Below are positions 28,932 to 32,000 of a stretch of DNA of 32,000 nt, in pieces (within the stretch, counting starts at the first letter, position 1; every line of letters starts with the position of its first letter). The stretch is from positions 60,001-92,000 of the forward strand of contig NZ_CP097762.1 of the NCBI RefSeq assembly GCF_023585745.1, written 5' to 3'. Under the pieces are notes generated by a model. That model did no database searches and was not told where the DNA came from. It saw nothing but the letters and a program-made list of their open reading frames with translations. Source of the stretch: Candidatus Saccharimonadota bacterium. Lineage in GTDB: Bacteria; Pseudomonadota; Gammaproteobacteria; Enterobacterales; Enterobacteriaceae. The position numbers were made by a program, and so were the translations under genes.

Positions 28932-29768
28932 ATGTTAAAACTAAATGCGCGTATTTTGAAGTTTTCTAAAATTCATGTTATGGGAATATTAAATGTTACT
29001 CCTGATTCTTTTTTTGATGGAGGAAAGTATTGTGTTTTGTCTAAAGCAATTGATCATGTTTCTAATATGATTAATTCTGGAGCAACCATAATTGATATAG
29101 GAGGTGAATCAACCCGACCTGGTTCTAAAATATTAAGTGAATCAGAAGAGTTAGAACGTGTTATACCTATCATACATGAAGTATCCCGACGTTTTGATGT
29201 ATTAATTTCTGTTAATACATCTTCAGCGTTGGTAATGCGTGAAAGTGCTAATATTAATAATGGTATACATTTAATTAATGATATTCGTTCTTTTACTATG
29301 AAAGGAGCAATGCAAGTTGCAGTAGAATGTCAATTGCCAATATGTATAATGCACATGCAAGGCAATCCTCAGAATATGCAAAAATCTCCATATTATTCTG
29401 ATATTATTACTGAAATAGATGGTTATTTTCATGATCAGATTATTCGTTTTGAATCTGCTGGTATTAGTAGAAATAAATTAATATTGGATCCAGGTTTTGG
29501 TTTTGGAAAAAGTGTAGCGCATAATTATAAATTATTGGCTAATTTAAAGCATTTTCATCATTTTGATATACCTTTATTAATTGGGCTTTCACGTAAATCA
29601 ATGCTTAGTTTTGGTCAATATGCTGTTCAACAAAGATTAATAGGTAGTATTTCTTGTGCAGTAATTGCAGCGATGCAAGGAGTACATATTATTCGTGTTC
29701 ATGATGTTCGTGAAACAGTAGAAGCTTTAAAAGCAGTACAAGCTACTTTACAATATAATAAAGAGTAA
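28932..29768 (+). CDS. folP: dihydropteroate synthase
   Basis: 278-aa [52 protein letters not shown] and IIRVHDV are canonical DHPS motifs. It sits in the ftsH-folP-glmM order. Confidence 0.94.
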   Translation: MLKLNARILKFSKIHVMGILNVTPDSFFDGGKYCVLSKAIDHVSNMINSGATIIDIGGESTRPGSKILSESEELERVIPIIHEVSRRFDVLISVNTSSALVMRESANINNGIHLINDIRSFTMKGAMQVAVECQLPICIMHMQGNPQNMQKSPYYSDIITEIDGYFHDQIIRFESAGISRNKLILDPGFGFGKSVAHNYKLLANLKHFHHFDIPLLIGLSRKSMLSFGQYAVQQRLIGSISCAVIAAMQGVHIIRVHDVRETVEALKAVQATLQYNKE

Positions 29769-29794
29769 TTAATTTATTTAGGAAAGTATTTAAT

Positions 29795-31153
29795 ATGCAG
29801 CGTCATAAATATTTTGGAACTGATGGTATTAGAGGTAGAGTTGGTATAATGCCTATTACTCCAGATTTTATCTTAAAACTTGGTTGGGCGGCAGGTAATG
29901 TATTTAGTAAATTGAATAGTGATAAATGTAGTAATCAAATTATTATTGGCAAAGATACTCGTATTTCCGGGTATATGTTAGAATCAGCATTAGAATCAGG
30001 ATTAGCTGCAGCTGGAGTATCTACTGCATTAATTGGCCCAGTCCCTACTCCTGCTATTGCTTATTTAACTCGTGCTTTTAGAGCTGCTGCAGGTATTGTG
30101 ATTTCTGCTTCGCATAATCCATTTTATGATAATGGTATTAAATTTTTTTCTGTTCAGGGTACTAAATTAGCGGTAGAAGTAGAGCTCTCTATAGAAAGAG
30201 AATTAAATAAATGCTTGACATGTGTGGCGCCAAAATTTTTGGGTAAAGCTAATCGTATTATTGACGCGCCTGGTCGTTATATAGAATTTTGTAAAGGTAC
30301 TTTTCCAGCGCATTTGAGTTTAAGAAAATTAAAAATAGTTTTAGATTGTGCTAACGGATCTACGTATCATATCGCTCCTAGTGTTTTTCGTGAATTAGGT
30401 GCGGATGTAGTTACTGTTGCATGTCATCCAAATGGATTTAATATTAATAAAGAATGTGGTACTACAGACATTAGAAAATTACGCGCTCAAGTTTTAGCTA
30501 GAAAAGCAGATTTAGGTATTGCTTACGATGGAGACGGAGATAGGGTAGTTATGGTAGACCACCTTGGTAATAAAGTAAACGGTGATCAAATATTATATAT
30601 AATTGCGAAAGAAAAATTATATCGTAAAAAATTAATAGGAGGAGTCGTAGGGACTACTATGAGTAATACAGGGCTTGTAGAAGCATTAGAACAATTAAAT
30701 ATTCCTTTTGTTCGCGCTAATGTCGGTGATCGTTGTGTGATTTCAACTTTAAAACATAAAGGTTGGTATATCGGCGGAGAAAGCTCAGGGCATATTATTT
30801 TATTAGATAAAACTACTACAGGAGATGGAATTGTTGTTGCATTACAAATATTATCTGCAATGGTAAGCAATTGTGTTAGTTTGTATGAATTACATAATGA
30901 TATGTTTTTATTCCCGCAAATTTTAGTTAATGTATATTGTTCTTCTATTAAAAGTCCTTTAGAATCTAAGATAGTAAAAAAAGAAATTCAGGCAGCAAAA
31001 CAAGAATTATTTGAACAAGGTCGCGTGTTACTTCGTAAATCTGGTACTGAACCATATATTCGTATTATGGTTGAGGGGAAATATTACAGTAAAATACTAT
31101 GTTTAGCAAATAAAATAGCTTCTGCAATTAGATCAGCGATCAATTCCATATAA
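29795..31153 (+). CDS. glmM: phosphoglucosamine mutase
   Basis: 452-aa [13 protein letters not shown], active-site SASHNP (phosphoserine), Mg site DGDGDR, GGESSGH and [15 protein letters not shown] match. Confidence 0.95.
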   Translation: MQRHKYFGTDGIRGRVGIMPITPDFILKLGWAAGNVFSKLNSDKCSNQIIIGKDTRISGYMLESALESGLAAAGVSTALIGPVPTPAIAYLTRAFRAAAGIVISASHNPFYDNGIKFFSVQGTKLAVEVELSIERELNKCLTCVAPKFLGKANRIIDAPGRYIEFCKGTFPAHLSLRKLKIVLDCANGSTYHIAPSVFRELGADVVTVACHPNGFNINKECGTTDIRKLRAQVLARKADLGIAYDGDGDRVVMVDHLGNKVNGDQILYIIAKEKLYRKKLIGGVVGTTMSNTGLVEALEQLNIPFVRANVGDRCVISTLKHKGWYIGGESSGHIILLDKTTTGDGIVVALQILSAMVSNCVSLYELHNDMFLFPQILVNVYCSSIKSPLESKIVKKEIQAAKQELFEQGRVLLRKSGTEPYIRIMVEGKYYSKILCLANKIASAIRSAINSI

Positions 31154-31277
31154 TAATAAAATAGATAGTTTTTCTAAAATTTTATATAATATTATATTAT
31201 AAAGAGGTTTTATAGATATAATAATAAATTAAATATTTATTTAGAATTTTTGTATATATAAAAGGTTGTATAATATC

Positions 31278-31562
31278 ATGTATCACTTTTTATTAGTATT
31301 ATTTGTAATAATAGCGGTAGTCTTGATTTTATTAATTATATTACAACAAAATAAACATAATGATTCAGGAGGAATCTTTGGTAATCGTTCTTTAGGAAAT
31401 GTATTACATTCATCTAACTTTGGAGATGGTATAACTCGCATTATAGTAATTTTAGCTATATTGTTTTTTTTAATTAGTTTGTTATTAGGTAATATAAATA
31501 GTAAACAAAATAAAAGTGTTATACAAACGAATATAAGAAACACAACTGTTTTAAATAAATAA
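31278..31562 (+). CDS. secG: protein-export membrane protein SecG
   Basis: 94 aa from ATG 31278. It has two hydrophobic segments and LQQNK near the N-terminus (cf. E. coli MLQQGKG). ILAILFFLISLLLGNINSK matches E. coli LATLFFIISLVLGNINSNK. It sits in the glmM-secG-leuU order. The track start (TTG 31266) adds 4 residues. Confidence 0.88.
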   Translation: MYHFLLVLFVIIAVVLILLIILQQNKHNDSGGIFGNRSLGNVLHSSNFGDGITRIIVILAILFFLISLLLGNINSKQNKSVIQTNIRNTTVLNK

Positions 31563-31687
31563 AATTTTTTATAAAATAAATATTACTAATATAAATTTAT
31601 TATAGTAAATGTTTAAAACAAATTTTAAGTAAAATTTAAATTTTGATTAATTATAAATAGATTTTTTAAAAAAACATTTTATTTTAA

Positions 31688-31773
31688 ACCGAGGTGGTGA
31701 AATAGGTAGACACGCTACTTTGAGGTGGTAGTTCTCTGTGTGGAGATTGCGGGTTCAAATCCCGTCCTCGGTA
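31688..31773 (+). tRNA. leuU: tRNA-Leu (anticodon GAG), long variable arm, CCA not encoded
   Basis: Acceptor ACCGAGG/CCTCGGT, D-arm GTGGTGAAATAGGTAGACAC, anticodon stem CTACT/GGTAG with loop TTGAGGT (GAG), a long variable arm, T-arm GCGGGTTCAAATCCCGT, discriminator A. It is followed by TTT rather than CCA. It is very similar to E. coli leuU and sits right after secG. Confidence 0.93.
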
Positions 31774-31890
31774 TTTTGCTATAAATAAATTTTACTTTTT
31801 TGAAAGAGAGTGTTAAAATACACGGTTTGTAGTCATTGAATACACGTTTCTTATTTTTATTAATTAATTTTATAATTTGTAGCGTAGGAT

Positions 31891-31967
31891 CGCGGGGTGG
31901 AGCAGTATGGCAGCTCGTCGGGCTCATAACCCGAAGGTCGTTGGTTCAAATCCAATCCCCGCAACCA
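31891..31967 (+). tRNA. metY: initiator tRNA-fMet (anticodon CAT), CCA encoded
   Basis: CGCGGGGTGGAGCAG...TCGGGCTCATAACCCGA...CCCCGCAACCA. It has the C1xA72 mismatch and three consecutive G:C pairs in the anticodon stem, both hallmarks of bacterial initiator tRNA, and is near-identical to E. coli tRNA-fMet. Its position corresponds to metY ahead of rimP-nusA-infB. Confidence 0.95.
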
Positions 31968-32000
31968 ATAAATTGATTTTTTTAGTGTTTACAAAATTGA

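Noticed and set aside
30586-30870. 94-aa minus-strand ORF
   Set aside because: Antisense shadow ORF inside glmM with no homology signal.
31283-31543. 86-aa minus-strand ORF
   Set aside because: It is antisense to secG. secG has clear homology (LFFLISLLLGNINSK) and correct synteny; the antisense frame is low-complexity.
31715-31927. 70-aa minus-strand ORF
   Set aside because: It spans and is antisense to tRNA-Leu and tRNA-fMet. The open frame is a by-product of the G+C-rich tRNA sequences.

Overview
The window is very A+T-rich (about three quarters or more A+T by eye, not computed), gene-dense and strongly strand-biased (25 of 29 CDS on +). It looks like the reduced genome of a gammaproteobacterial (Enterobacterales-type) obligate insect endosymbiont. 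Extreme AT bias plus retained envelope and cofactor genes (amiB, tamA/tamB, folP, ispB) leans Wigglesworthia-like, but I cannot verify this without a database search.

I can support 28 intact housekeeping CDS, one edge-truncated minus-strand ORF that the ORF track missed (1..370), and three tRNAs: Gly-GCC, Leu-GAG and initiator Met.

Gene order follows two E. coli K-12 syntenic blocks fused at about 21.8-22.0 kb:
- Block 1: psd / orn-tRNAGly-tsaE-amiB-miaA-hflX-hflK-hflC-purA-rlmB-rpsF-rpsR-rplI-cysQ-tamA-tamB / ppa.
- Block 2: ispB / rplU-rpmA-obgE-greA-rlmE-ftsH-folP-glmM-secG-tRNALeu-tRNAfMet.

The positions where E. coli carries rsgA, queG/nnr, mutL, hfq, yjeT, nsrR/rnr, priB, yhbE, dacB and yhbY are now short AT-rich spacers.

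I see no mobile elements, CRISPR arrays, defence or toxin islands, or DNA of foreign composition. I found no convincing evidence of a novel multi-gene system; this is core endosymbiont DNA.

The items most worth a second look are:
- the unannotated edge ORF with a signal peptide;
- retention of the 5.65-kb tamAB module in a stripped genome;
- in-frame A11-A12 homopolymers inside three essential or large genes;
- a G+C-containing perfect 11-bp palindrome in the psd/orn divergent spacer;
- gene-loss scars (mutL, hfq, priB), two of which may hold weak relics;
- hflX, which has no ATG start.
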